This document shows positions 45,865-59,451 of a stretch of 64,000 bases of DNA, piece after piece. The first letter of the stretch is position 1; every line of letters begins with the position of its first letter. Where the stretch lies: contig NW_027362765.1 in the NCBI RefSeq assembly GCF_046119375.1, forward strand, positions 531,278,001 through 531,342,000, read 5' to 3'. The notes under the pieces were generated by a model. The model made no database searches. It was not told the origin of the DNA and saw only the letters and a list, made by a program, of their open reading frames with translations. The position numbers and the translations under genes were made by a program. The DNA is from Phyllobates terribilis. Its lineage: Eukaryota.

Positions 45865-48319
45865 TTAAGGTTATGCAAATATGTGATACATAATAATACA
45901 AGGCTAGAAGAACACATGCCAAAAGAACTGAGCTAATGATGGAGAGTAGAGAGCCCGTATTAAAGAGTTACGCTTTAGAGGTGTGTAATACAGCATTATG
46001 CATCCATAGCCTCGTATGGGCCCATATTGTAGCTCCATGTGCTACCAATCTTACCATGCATGATGTGTTTTATTGCCTGCCATATTACTTGGATATTCCC
46101 CATTACATGTGTAATATGACATGTGATAGAGCATGGATACAATACTTCACAGAGTACAGACCTGTAGGGTCTTTTTGTGCCACTATGCCCTTGTCCATGG
46201 CTTTGCAGTGTGCATGAGCCCTTAGGTGCATTCTCATACTTGTAGTTGTCTATAGATATACAGTCCTAGATGATCTCATGGATCAAATTGTTATAATATG
46301 CACTGCAGACTTTAAGTGTATCATGTCCTAATATTAACTAATTTGATATAGACTGAGACAATAAAGTAATTTCATACACAGTCAGAAAAAAAAGGCACCG
46401 CACTCATTGCCAAACTATATTCTCCCATTCTCCCAAATAATCAATTATAATAAATATTGGTCAAAATAAGTCACTTTTCACTGCATTTGCTACTATACAA
46501 TTAGCAATAATGCAGCATTACATTGTTATATAGTGGATTGAGAGTGGCTCATGCTGTTTTATGCCAAATTGTGAAGCAATTTTGCAATTTAGGCCAGACA
46601 CTTTCCCTGATCACTCTGTCAAATCTGTCGAAAAATATGCCTAAAACACATACTAAATGTGGTGCAAGGCAATGTAAGACAGTCTTTTTGATTAAATCAA
46701 TTTTATTATTTTTGTATATAGAAAGAAAAATGCTAATTTATGACTATATTGCCTTCTTTTATTGCAAGAACGTAAAAAAAATCAGATTTCATTCAATTTA
46801 AAAAAAATTACATAGTCATACAGCTGTATCTGTCACAAAATGTACACAAAAATTATGTGGCTATGCTTATTACTAAAATAACTATGAAAGGGGTTTTCCA
46901 CCACTCTTTCTTAGTATAAAAATGGCCCCATAGTGGTGATAATATAGAAAAACACAAACCTGCTTGTCCTCCATCTCTCCTTTGGTTACAAGCTGTCACC
47001 TGACATTTGAGGAATCCAGAATACCAGTGGGGGATACTGGCAGCAATTAGGAGAGTATCTAGTAGGTGAGTATGTGTTTCTTTATGTTAGGACAAACATA
47101 GGTACATTTTTACACTAATAGAATGAATAGGACAATCCTTTTAAATGCTGGTCATTAAAGGGTGTTGGAGAAGACAAAATGTAGCAATACATGGTCCCAA
47201 TTAAAATTAGTATAAGTGATGATATTGTCAGGTACTTCAGAGCAAGAGATGATTCTTCAGCAGCTCTCAGTCTTGCCTTAAAGATGTTGTCCAAAGGTCT
47301 GAAATACAAGTTCATTTTAATCCTAAATCCCTATCTATTTAATGCCATAATCTAATCTATTTTCTTATATACTTTAATTAAAAACTCTCTATCCTTCCAT
47401 AAATACACTATCCAACTGCTTTTTTCTTTTTTTTCACAGGTTCCTTTTTGATGACGCTTTGTTTGAGAATCCCAGTGCATTCTGAGATACACAAATGAAG
47501 CATCATCAGGGGGCAGAGCTTGCCTCCTCCTTGACATGAAACGACATAAGTGACCTTTGTTTCAGTGGCTTGGGCTAGTCCCCTTCTTTGCCTCTGTGTG
47601 ATGTGCACAATGACAGTGCACTCTCTCACCAGCTCAGCTCAGTAGTAATGAGCCGGCCACTGTCAGTGCACATCATAAGACAAATGCCTGGCTTGCAGAC
47701 ACCAGTGCCTCCCTGCAAGTCACCTGAGGGAGGGCGGCGCTGGTCTCTGCATGCCAGTTATTCTTACAATGTGCACTGACAGCCTCTAAATAAATAAGGA
47801 AGTTGTAAGAAAAGAAAAAAGAAATTAAGTTAGATAGTGCAGTTAGGGAAGGATAGGGAATTTTAATTAAAGTATATTACAAAATAGATTAGATTATGGC
47901 ATTAAATAGATAGGCCTTTAGGATGAAAATTAATTTGTATTTTGGACCACCCCTTTTAGAAAGGGGCCCTAAGTTGCATAGTATCATTGAAACCCCAAAT
48001 TCTACTGGTATTAAAGAGGTTGTCTGGTTTTGAAAACCCATTTTAAAACACGATATTAGAGAATTCAAAGATGATTGATTCTGCAATGAAGAAGTTAAGG
48101 TGATATGTCTTCTTTAGTAATGGTTATTGATGTGAAAGTTGAGTATTAAGATTTCCCTTCATGGATTTATTGGATTGTGTCAGTGCTGTTTTATAAAGAG
48201 CTTTCAAGTAAAAAGAATAATTGACATGGGTGAGGGAAAGAAATTAGAGTAGATGTGAGGTCGGCACAAAACACTCTATATGAGATAGACATGGCTGGTA
48301 TATGGGTTTCTGTTATATA

Positions 48320-48715
48320 GGTTGTTTCATGTTGTCCAGACTGGTAGCCCCTTCGATCATTATCATTTTTTATGTGGTGCCCAGTCTAGTTCTCCCATCA
48401 CTTATTGTAGGTTCTTGTGTTGTGCCAAAGCTGCTGGCCACATCACTCATTATAGGTTTTCATGTGGTGCCCAGAATAGTTGACACATCATTTTTTATAC
48501 TTTCTTGTGTTGTGCCCAGACTGGAAGCCCTATTGCTCCTTATTGGTTTTTATGTCGTGCCCAGTCTACTTGTGCCATCACTCACTTATTGTCGGTTCTT
48601 GTTTTATGCCAAAGCTGCTGGCCCCATCACTGATTATAGGTTTTCATCTGGTGCCCAGACTAGTTGCCACATCATTTTCTTGACTTTCTTGCATTTCTCC
48701 CAGACTGGTAGCCAT
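48320..48715. repeat. 45-bp minisatellite with 4-mer (180-bp) higher-order period
   Basis: CCAG/CCAA anchors at 48336, 48381, 48425, 48471, 48516, 48561, 48609, 48655, 48700. Confidence 0.75.
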
Positions 48716-49675
48716 ATTACTTTTAGAATGCAAATAGAAAAAAAATAACCAGCTATCTTTAATCACTGACTTCAGGGCACATTGAACATCTCTGAAATCT
48801 GCATATTTTATGAACTGGTCAAAACGTGCGCTGTATGGCTAATTTTATTCCTTATAGCATTAAACCAAGTAATGAGATATCCACTTAACCCTTTGTGACA
48901 CCAAGAATTTCATAAAAATCTTGACGCCTCTCTTTCAGCAGTAATTTAGGCGATGTGTACAAAATACATTACAAGTTTTATCACGGCTTTTCAACATTAT
49001 ATTAATTACGTCTACATCTATTGTGGCTACTAGCTTTTTCTTACCCAGTGGTTTAACTATTTGAAAACCAGAGTTTAGTAGTTCTATGTAAAATCGGCTT
49101 TAAAGCATGTGTCCTTGATTTCTCTATTGGGTCAAATTTACCTATAGGGACACTAGGGCCAGTGAGCAGCCCTGAGTAAGGGGTGCATCGACGAGAAAGA
49201 AAATGTATATATGTGTACACTGAAAATTTGAAATGAAAAATAGGGTTATGTATGTTTATTAGGTACTTAAAATACTGAGAGAATGAGAGGAAAACACAGG
49301 AAATCCAAGAAAGCTGGAGAAGATGACAGCGGTATGAAGCCTCACTGTAATGTTCTATTTTTTTATTTTATTTTTTTAGAACATATTTATTCGATTGCTG
49401 TTGAGCAGCAACATAGGACAGCGGACTATGCTGTCTGTTATTCCACCTACAGTGGTTGGAGGAATAATGCAGTTTTCTAGTCCCAGACATGAAATACTGA
49501 GTTGGGAATAGCTCTTTAAATAGGAATTCAGAACTATGGGATAGATTTTCTTTTAAATTTTTGGTTGAAATTGAACCAGAATTTTGGTGCACATGATACT
49601 TTGCACATTTATTTAAATGTTGTAGACACTTAAACAAGAGGAGAGTAGCTTATAAGGAAAGAGGCCGTGGTTTAA

Positions 49676-50021
49676 AGTGGTATTCCCATCTACAAGATCC
49701 TAACCCAATATGTAGCAGGTGCAATAATAATAATGTAAATACTTCCAATTAGAAATGTAGTATAGTTCTGATTTGCTATGTCGCTTACCCCATGTGCAGG
49801 ACATTGCAGTAGTTTAGATATCCATGGTTACGACTACTAACAGATATTTAACTGTCACTATATGAGTGGCTGTAACCATGGATAACTACTACTACTGCAA
49901 TGCCCTGCACATGGGGTAAGAGACATAACGACTTAGAAGAACTATATTACATTTCTAATTGGAGGTATTTGCTAATATTATTATTATTACACCTGCTACA
50001 TATTGAGAAAGGATCTTGGAT
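49676..50021. mobile_element. T2-family palindromic MITE, right tip lost
   Basis: TTAA|AGTGGTATTCC start; inverted arms over the whole length. Confidence 0.75.
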
Positions 50022-51586
50022 GTACCAAATAGTTCCAAAAAATAGGAGGAAAATGTCAGCCAGCCAGGAGGTGGTGTAAAGTTCAACAAAGTGCACTAAA
50101 AATGCACCAAGTTTACTATACAACATGGACCACTGTTAGAAATTTGGTGCGTCTACGCTGTCTAATTGTTAGACAATTTCAGTAATTTTGCCCCTATGAA
50201 TATATTTCACTTACATTTGCACTTAAGTAGTTAATTCAAAAGAGGTCAGCGTTTCTGTTACTAAGACTCTGACGCCTGTGTTATTTTTTAAAATTCCACC
50301 TCTTTAGACATATCTTTAAATTGCAAATTAACTCAAGCTGTTAATGATTGGCGAGAAAGTGGTTCAGTAACCGGTTTATTTTCAGTTTATAGTTAAAACA
50401 TTTCTACATTTATATTATTCCTTTGTTGTTGTTGTTTTTTCATTTTGTTTTGCTCTGTTTTTTTATTGGAAGAATATATCATTCAATCTTTCATTAATTC
50501 CATGTGAACTATGTAAAATAAAGTCTGCTGCAGAGATTTTAGTGCCTAGCCTGTTACTCAACTGTACGGTAGGCTTATTGAATCACAAATATTACAGATA
50601 GATGTCAGAAGGCTGTTAAAAAAAATATCTGTATAAATCTGTAAGTTTGTCCATCAATTGGCCGATTGTTTGGTAATCGGTGATCGAAGATCAAAAAAGA
50701 AGAATTTAATTACTTTATGGGGAAAACATATTAGAACTTCCACTTACATATACTGATTGCACCTATGTGTTTCTTTGATTTAAGAAATTCTAGTGATATT
50801 AGTTTCAGAGTATGGTGTAATTAGTGACACTACCCTGAAATAGGATAAGAAAAATAAGAAAATTTAACATAAGTGTAAGTTTAACAAAAGCGGAACTGTC
50901 ACTTTAAATATAACTTGAGAACATGTTCTTTCCAAGTCTTCTTTTTATGTATTGCTGATTTATGTCATGGATACTCTGACAAATGATCTGTATTGGAGAG
51001 TAAAGTAGTATTTTTCTCTGTAGCATTTTTATGACGCTTGCTAATTATCCACATTATACCATGTAGTTTAACTGAGTATTAAGCCAGTCTAAATCAAAAC
51101 ATAAAAAACAGGAATAAATGGCATAACAAATAAATGCCAGTGTTTTCTTCCTCTCCTTGTATTCTCTAGGGAAGTTTGCTTTGTAAAGTTAACCATTAAC
51201 TTGTGGCAGGCAGTCAATTTTCTTGGGAATTCAGGCAATTTCCCTGTGTACTGTGAGTGAATGTGGAGGCCCACAGAAGAGGGTAGACTGATAGATGGAT
51301 GGTCTTATAGCTGGAGATAGATTGATCGGTCGCATTAAATAGACGAGCGCAGGCCAAGACATATTTAAATAAAATTGGAACATGCATAAAATTTCAGACA
51401 CTATCATTCTTACTTACTAAAGTGTCTTAGGTCCGAAACTGAATTTACAACTTGCCAAAATGTTTAGAAATAGGTGTAAAGTGCTAACTCAATAACATCA
51501 AATCCAGAATAGCCACCATAACTGTATATTATGGGGCAATGTTTTAATGAGTAATCTCATACCAGATTTGTCTTTACTATTCTTAA

Positions 51587-51973
51587 AGGGGTCATCTGGG
51601 ACTTAGGTTTTTTTTTTCCTACTGGGCTAAGACCTCACCTGCAGGTAGTAGCCTGTTCTGCCCTGCGAAGATCTCCCCTTAGCCCGGGCAGCGATTCCCC
51701 TGTTTCAATTGATCTCACACCAACAGAGCAGCACCTTCTCTTCTGGTCTGCTCTTTTGACAGTAGGGTGACTGCTGTCAATCAACATGACATTGGCAGTG
51801 ACGACCCATCAACAGAGCAGAGTGCTGCTTTGTCGACGTGATGTCACCTAAAGAAGGAGAATCACCAGTAGGAGATGTCCTTGACTGCTCTGGACCGGGA
51901 CAGATTGTCGCAGGGCAGAACAGGGCAGTTGTTAGTCCAATAGGGAAAAAAACCTAAGTCTCGGATAACCCCT
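51587..51973. mobile_element. T2-family MITE
   Basis: TTAA|AGGGGTCATCTGGGACTTAGG ... CCTAAGTCTCGGATAACCCCT. Confidence 0.7.
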
Positions 51974-52500
51974 CTCACAAGACAGAAATTTTTAACTGTC
52001 TACCCTTGTACATACACTTTTAAATCATAGTTGTAGAGAGATGGAAGGGCTTAAATTTATCTAAAACCTCATACTTGAAAATAGCTTCAAGAAAGGGGTT
52101 TAGATCAAGCAGTTTTCTTAAACTTTGTCATCTTCATGTTAGGAGCCATATGCTAAAAATTATGTCACTTCCTAGCACCTTTAGGTTGAGTATCGCTATA
52201 TATATAGTGTTCAGCTAGAAAGCAACTGATAAAAATAGTATTTTCTGTACCTATTCCAGTGTACATAACTGGATAATAGAAACCCTATATACAAGATTTT
52301 TAGATTCAGTTATAAAACCAGTTTAATGCAACAACAGGCACATTGAATGCTGATAAAGATCAAATGAAAAAAATATTGGATCAGTTTAGGTATCGACATT
52401 CCCCTGCATTTCACTACTACTCTGAAAGGAACTAACAATGGATGGTGAGATTTATGGAAATGGGGCTAAAAGTGTATTATTAGTGTAAGTATTTGGTCCC

Positions 52501-52672
52501 GGCCCCACTATCAGTATTTGGTCATTATTCGGTCAGTATCTTTTCTCAGGAGTGGGTGATAAATGCAGAAGTGGTGACGTGTTTCTATTATACCTTTTCT
52601 CTGATTGTTCCTCTCCTGGTTTTGGCTCCCACTTCTGAGAAAAAATACTGACCAAATACTGATAGTGGGGCC
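52501..52672. repeat. Short inverted repeat (MITE remnant)
   Basis: GGCCCCACTATCAGTATTTGGTCA ... TGACCAAATACTGATAGTGGGGCC. Confidence 0.7.
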
Positions 52673-53728
52673 GTGGTCATAACCAGGATCCAGGACTGTC
52701 AACTTTACTACCCTAGAGGACACAGTATAAGTAACAGAGTCCTTCATGCCATGTCTGTTATACCAACAATTAGAAAGAAGAAAGTTCTGAAAGCTACAAT
52801 AAAAGCATTTGATGTTGCCTGTAGATACCACTGGTTAGAGAGTAGAGGCTGTAGGTAGAATCAGATTGAAGTTCCTTGGGCTTACCACATGATTTGTTCT
52901 TAGGGTCCACCATCTAAGTCAACTTATGCAAAGTTCAATGGAAAATCTCGTGATTGGTTCCAATGTCAACTCCAATTAAGGATTTGGTTTTCACCAAATT
53001 AGAACAGATTTTTAGACAATAAAACATCATGGCCATGCAATGACGAATATGTATTATACATTGTATATAAAACATCTGCAGTATAGAGGTACACAGTGGA
53101 GTATCTGTCGATTTACAGTTCTCCTCCAGTTTCTTCTTAGAAATATGGCAGTGAACATATGTATGAGTGACCTGCCATTTTTCAGTAGTAATGGCTATAA
53201 TCTCCAATATATGCACAGTATGCAGATTGTAAGGGGATATAAAGGAAATTCAGGTTGGGAGACAGTGCACTAGAATACTTAATAGGTGATACTATCAATG
53301 AACGAAACATATGCTGACATGGATGTGTGGATATTAGGCTATTTACAGCTCTGTATTTGGACATTATGTTTATCTGGTCCATTTTTAGGAACAGATAAAT
53401 TGAATTCATGTCCAAAATGGATCTGTTATATGTCTAATGCAAACAGAAGCAGAGGGGCCCCATTGATCATCATGTGGTCCAGTTGGGTTCTGTTATATAT
53501 CAGTTTTTAGAATGGAAACAACGTGCCGCGTGCAGAAATTTTTTTCTATTCTGAAAACTAACACATATTGGAACTAAGATGAAGCCAATATTAATCAGTG
53601 GGACTGCTCTGCTTCCATTTGCATCACTTATATAAATGATCCGTTTTTAACACAAATTCTGTTTCTTTCTTTTCTTAACAAATTGAACAGGCAAATGCCT
53701 GAATGCTGATACGAACATAACATCTGTG

Positions 53729-53759
<31 letters not shown>

Positions 53760-54262
53760 CCATATAAAAGTTTGGTTAAGGGTTTACCGTGACAGACAGG
53801 AGCCAGAAGACCGCAGCATCTGAGTTTACATACTCCTGCTTTGAATAGAAGCACTTTTCCCTTTTATTAAATGGTACTGGTTTCTTTCAGCAGTGCAGGA
53901 GTTAAACTGCTTTGAGTCTCTGTAGCTTCCTTCTTGGAAGTTCTGAGCTGAGCAGTATCAGCCACTCCCGTCTCCTATATGGTCTCTGCTCTGTCAATCT
54001 GTATTGCCAGTATTAAGTCTTGTACTGTCTGGTAAGGAGTTGAGGTGTTGGTGTTCGGTAGAGGCGTTTAAAGAGAGTTGTTCAGTGACTGTTGCTTGGA
54101 GTTTTGGTTGTGTGCATAGACCCATCCTCTTCTATTTTTGTTTACCCTCAAAATCCCTTCAGTGTCTCCCTCTGTTGTATGTGAGTGCATATTTTGTGTG
54201 TTTGGTATTTTCATTTACCCTTGTATGCCCTTCCTTGTTTCTCTGGTTTTTGCATATACATA

Positions 54263-55870
54263 CACTACCGTTCAAAAGTTTGGGGTCACCCAGACAATTT
54301 TGTGTTTTCCATGAAAACTCATACTTTTATTTATCAAATGAGTTGCAAAATGATTAGAAAATATAGTCCAGACATTGACAAGGTTAGAAATAATGATTTT
54401 TATTAGAAAGAATAATTTTCTCCTTCAAACTTTGCTTTCATCAAAGAATGCTCCCTTTGCAGCAATTCCAGCATTGCAGACCTTTGGCATTCTAGCTGTT
54501 AATTTGCTGAGGTAATCTTGAGAAATTTCACCCCATGCTTCCTGAAGCCTCTCCCACAAGTTGGATTGGCTTGATGGGCACTTTTTGCGTACCATACGGT
54601 CAAGCTGCTCCCACAACAGCTCAATGGGGTTGAGATCTGGTGACTGCGCTGGCCGCTCCATTACAGATAGAATACCAGCTGCCTGCTTCTTCCCTAAATA
54701 GTTCATGCATAATTTAGAGGTGTGCTTTGGGTCATTGTCCTGTTGTAGGATGAAATTGGCTCCAATAAAGCGCTGTACACAGGGTATGGCATGGCATTGC
54801 AAAATGGAGTGATAGCCTTCCTTATTCAAAATCCCATTTACCTTGTACAAATCTCCCACTTTACCAGCACCAAAGCAACCCCTGACCATCACATTACCTC
54901 CACCATGCTTGACAGATGGCGTCAGACACTCATCCAGCATCTTTTCAGTTGTTCTGTGTCTCACAAATGTTCTTCTGTGTGATCCAAACACCTCAAACTT
55001 TGATTCGTCTGTCCATAAAACTTTTTTCCAATCTTCCTCTGTCCAATGTCTGTGTTCTTTTGCCCATATTAATCTTTTCCTTTTATTAGCCAGTCTCAGA
55101 TATGGCTTTTTCTTTGCCACTTTGCCCTGAAGGCCAGCATCCCGGAGTCGCCTCTTCACTGTAGACATTGACACTGGCGTTTTACGTGTACTATTTAATG
55201 AAGCTGCCAGTTGAGGAGCTGTGAGGTGTCGATTTCTCAAACTAGAGACTCTAATGTACTTGTCTTGTTGCAGCAGGGCCTCCCAATTCTCTTTCTACTC
55301 TGGTTAGAGCCTGTTTGTGCTCTCCTCTGAAGGGAGTAGTGCACACCGTTGTAGGAAATCCTCAGTTCATTGGCAATTTCTCGCATGGAATAGCCTTCAT
55401 TTCTAAGAACAAGAATAGACTGTCGAGTTTCACATGAAAGACCTCTTTTTCTGTCCATTTTGAGAGTTTCATAGAACAAACAAATGTAATGCTCCAGATT
55501 CTCAACTAGCTCAAAGGAAGGTCAGTTTTATAGCTTCTCAAATCAGCCAAACCGTTTTCAGCTGGGCTAACATACTTGTGCAAGGGTTTTCTAGGGTTTT
55601 CTAAACATCCATTAGCCTTCTTACACAGTTAGCAAACACAATTTACCATTAAAACACTGGAGTGGTGGTTGTTGGAAATGGGCCTCTATACACCTATGTA
55701 GATATTGCAATAAAAACAAGACGTTTACAGCTAGAATAGTCATTTACCACATAAACAATGTATAGAGTGTAGTTCTGATTCATTTAATGTTAGCTTCATT
55801 AAAAAAAAATGTGCTTTTCTTTCAAAAATAATGACATTTGTAAATGACCCCAAACTTTTGAACGGTAGTG
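54263..55870 (-). mobile_element. Tc1/mariner transposon, DD38E (Intruder-type), full length
   Basis: TA TSD; TIR CACTACCGTTCAAAAGTTTGGGGTCA; 1608 bp. Confidence 0.95.
54425..55458 (-). pseudogene. DD38E transposase, frameshifted after the GRP motif
   Basis: WTDES; QQD-38 aa-E (SPDLNPIE); frameshift/deletion at ~55265-55280. Confidence 0.92.
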
Positions 55871-56808
55871 TACACTAATTCTCCCCACTTCCCTGGGTGG
55901 GGGAGGGGACAGATAAGGGCTGATTCAGGAGAACTGCAAGGTACGTGGCCTCAGCATCTTCACCATCTGAAGTAACCTGGGGAACAGGGATAGATAGGGC
56001 GCCCCTAGTGTTAGGGACAGTGTAGGAGCCCCTGGTCCCAGGTTGTCAGACAACAGCATCATGACATGTTTAGCCATTAGGAAGAGGTATGAATGAAGTT
56101 GATTGAATTTTTTTGACTGCTATCAATGGAATTTCAACATTTTTTTAGCATAATTCAATTAATATATATGGTGTTTGTTGTGAACACTATCTCTATGAAT
56201 TTCTCTGACACCTTTTCTAATAAATGATACCATTTTCATTTTAGTCAGTAAAAATGGCATGGTCTCAGGATACGCAGAGTGCCATGTTGGATCCAATGGT
56301 GCATGCTACACTGATTATTTACACAGGGATATCAGTGAAAGACTGACATATCATCTAAGTAGTGCACCAGTCTGGGAAGCAGGGTTATATGAACAATATT
56401 TCTCAACCTTGCAGAGAGCTGTAGTTAGGCTTTACTTCTGGAGGAAAGGTTCAGTTCTTTGCCCTTTAACCTTGTATCAAAATGCTCTAACAAAGCAAAG
56501 AGGTTTGATGGGCCCTCATTGCACCCAATTGGAAAGGTACATCCACCCCTGCTACTTCAACCCCACCTACTCCCATGCATCAATGTAGTAGAACAACAAT
56601 TAAATACCCTTAAATGGGCCCCCATGAATAGAAAAAAATGGCTACAAGAAATTTTAAATAAATCATTATAAATAAATTTCTCAATATTTATAATTAGCAA
56701 ATCACAATCGTTTTCTCTAGCGAGGTAATCACTGTAGAATTATAATGGCTGCCGTCGTGTTACACTGACAGAGCCCTATCACAGAATGTAAATAAGACAG
56801 GTACCTAT

Positions 56809-57093
56809 TAGTGATGAGACAGTATTCCTTATTAACCCTTTCGAGTATTTTGGTGTGTTCGGCGTTTCATTCATTGTCGTCGTGCCTGCAAGTGTCACGG
56901 CTGTTAGACAGCTCTGACACATGCAGAGATACCCTGTTCGCCATGCTATTTCTGCATGTGTCATAGCTGTTTAACAGCCGTGACACTTGCAGGTGTGGCA
57001 ACAATGAATGAAACGCTGAGCACGCCAAAATGCTCGATGAGTACCCGAGTGTGCTCGCCGAAAGGGTTAATGAAGCATACATGCTCATCACTA
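56809..57093. mobile_element. hAT-type MITE (older relative of 44111-44398)
   Basis: TAGTGATGAG...CTCATCACTA; 8-bp flanks GTACCTAT/GTGCCTGT (6/8). Confidence 0.8.
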
Positions 57094-57145
57094 GTGCCTG
57101 TGAGTATTAGCAGTAGGAAGGTCCATTTAAAAACGCAGTGTGCAC

Positions 57146-57782
57146 AGCAGTGTGAGCACCCTCTTCTTACATCAGCACCCCTGGCATTTCTAGTATTAGA
57201 TCAGATAGGCAGGGATGGAAAGCAGTGTGAGCAGCCTCTTCTTACCTCAGCATCCCTGTTTCTCCAGTATTAGATCAGATAGATAGGGCGGACAACAGCG
57301 TGAGTAGATTCTCTTACATCAGCAACCCTGGCATATCCAGTATTAGATCAGATAGACAGAGTGGACAGCAGTTTGAGCAGCCTTTTCTTAGCCTAGCACT
57401 TCTGGCATCTCCAGTATTAGATCAGATAGACAGGGTGGACAGCAGTGTGAGCAGCCTCTTCTTATCTCAGCATCATTGTTTTTCCAGTATTAGATCAGAT
57501 AGACAGGGTGGACAACAGTGTGAGCAGCCTTTTCTTAGCCTAGCATCCCTGGCATCTCCAGTATTAGATCAGATAAACAGGATGGACAGCAGTGTGAGCA
57601 GCCTCTTCTTACATCAACACCCCTGGAGTCAACTGTATTAGATCAGATTAACAGGGTGGACAGCAATGTGAGCAGTCTCTTCTTACCTCAGAATCCCTGT
57701 TTCTCCAGTATTAGATCAGATAGACAGGGTGGACAGCAGTGTGAGCAGCTTCTTCTTACATCAGCACCCTGGTATCTTCAGC
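57146..57782. repeat. ~74-bp minisatellite, about 9 units
   Basis: CAGCAGTGTGAGCAGCCTCTTCTTAC...GTATTAGATCAGATAGACAGGGTGGA; unit starts 57366, 57440, 57513, 57587, 57661, 57734. Confidence 0.9.
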
Positions 57783-58235
57783 GTTACATCATAGGATCCA
57801 CTGAAAGCACACCTTCTTATACACAAAGGGGCCAGAGCTTCCTACTGTACATCTTTACAGGCACCTGCCCTGAAATTCTATGACAGGTTTCTGTCCATGT
57901 AACATTATGGCATCCATTATAATTCTATAGTGGTTACCTCCCTAGATAAAACAATGGTGATATGCTAATTAAATGTATTTAGAAATATCTTTATAAAAAC
58001 AATTACTTTTATTCATTTTTATATATATATTTTGGAAAAATTGTTAAAGATATTTCATCTTCCAAATTTGTCATGGTCTTTTTCTCCATAAGATAATGCA
58101 TCAAATTGAGTTTTTTGGTGCAAAATGTGCAGCAGCCAAATGTGAATATGAATCATAATTATTAATGTCCAATTGTATTTCTTACATTTTAGATAATAAC
58201 TTCATGACATGATGCTTGTAATGTGTAATATCTGC

Positions 58236-58248
58236 AATAATAATAATA

Positions 58249-58286
<38 letters not shown>

Positions 58287-58299
58287 AATTATTATTATT
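58236..58299. repeat. (AAT)n/(TAT)n microsatellite
   Basis: Direct reading. Confidence 0.95.
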
Positions 58300-59411
58300 C
58301 ACATCAGAACAACAGCAACTTCCACATCATCATGGAAAAAAATTCTAGTGTGTGATTGATATGTATATATTTTGGTCCCCAAACTGTTTTTCTCTATTAT
58401 ATCTCTGTGCTGTGACTCCTCCCTATTGCTCACTTTTTAATTGTATGTAGACGTCTACGGTAATTAAAGTACAAAGTCGCATGAGCAAACATCATTTAGC
58501 AAAGTACTGGATAATATAAGTGTTAAAATATTTTCACACACCTGACTATTGTGCTCCATGAAAAGAAGAGCAGGCATGTTTTATGATAGTCTGCAGCCTG
58601 AATTGTCTTTTCCTGTAATGTATGACAGGTAGACCTTAGAGCAATTAATGTGCATTGTCACTGTCATAAACACCCCACCACACCTCTGTCTGCTAATTAG
58701 GACATTTCCTTCCAAGTCACCTTAATAATGAGGGATTGCATTTCCCAGGTGAACAATAGCATCTTCTCCAAAGTCCCGATCCTATATTTAAGTCCTTCAC
58801 TCTTTCCTCTGTCTTGTAGTCATTACCCCTCCTCCTCCCCTGGATTGTTTGACCTGTCTCCTGGTCAGAGATGACACTTTACAAACTTCTAACTGGTTTG
58901 CACCAGGAGGATCTTCCTCCCTTTTATCCATTCTCCCATGACCGATTAAACATCAACTGGCTGAATAAAAATTAATATCAACTTCTAATGTCATGTTGTT
59001 TATAGCTAATGAACTGATTAGGGGATAAACACATCAGCAAGACATTTTTTGCTCTCTGCCTCTCCCAGGAAGATGGTTAAATTGGATTAGCATTTGTTTC
59101 TCAATGTCCTTTTAACCCATTAATATCAAGTTCCATTTGCTCCCAAGAAGATATGCACATATTTAATAAAATATAAAGCAGCAGTTTATTCGTTGATATG
59201 GTGCTGTCAAGGTAGAAATGTGACAATTTAATACCATGCAAATTGTCATTGATGGGTGATTAAAATGTCATATTACTAAATGCATACAATAAGTTGTTTT
59301 GTACAACAGCTTACAGGAGGTCTAGCTATCAATCTATTATATCATCAATGATTCTATGTCAATTACATTAGCATAAATAAAATGTCATTATTTATTATTA
59401 TTATTTATTTA

Positions 59412-59451
<40 letters not shown>

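Larger units (their letters stand above)
53788..56066 (+). mobile_element. Probable solo LTR interrupted by the DD38E element
   Basis: Ends CATGACA; TATA-like CCTATAT ~53975; 3' part resembles the other LTRs here; 5' end and TSD not confirmed. Confidence 0.5.

Noticed and set aside
47420-47500. Strong polypyrimidine tract plus CACAG acceptor followed by FLFDDALFENPSAF*
   Set aside because: No partner exon or recognisable domain
52511-52831. 106-aa minus-strand ORF
   Set aside because: Overlaps a MITE remnant; no motif or splice support
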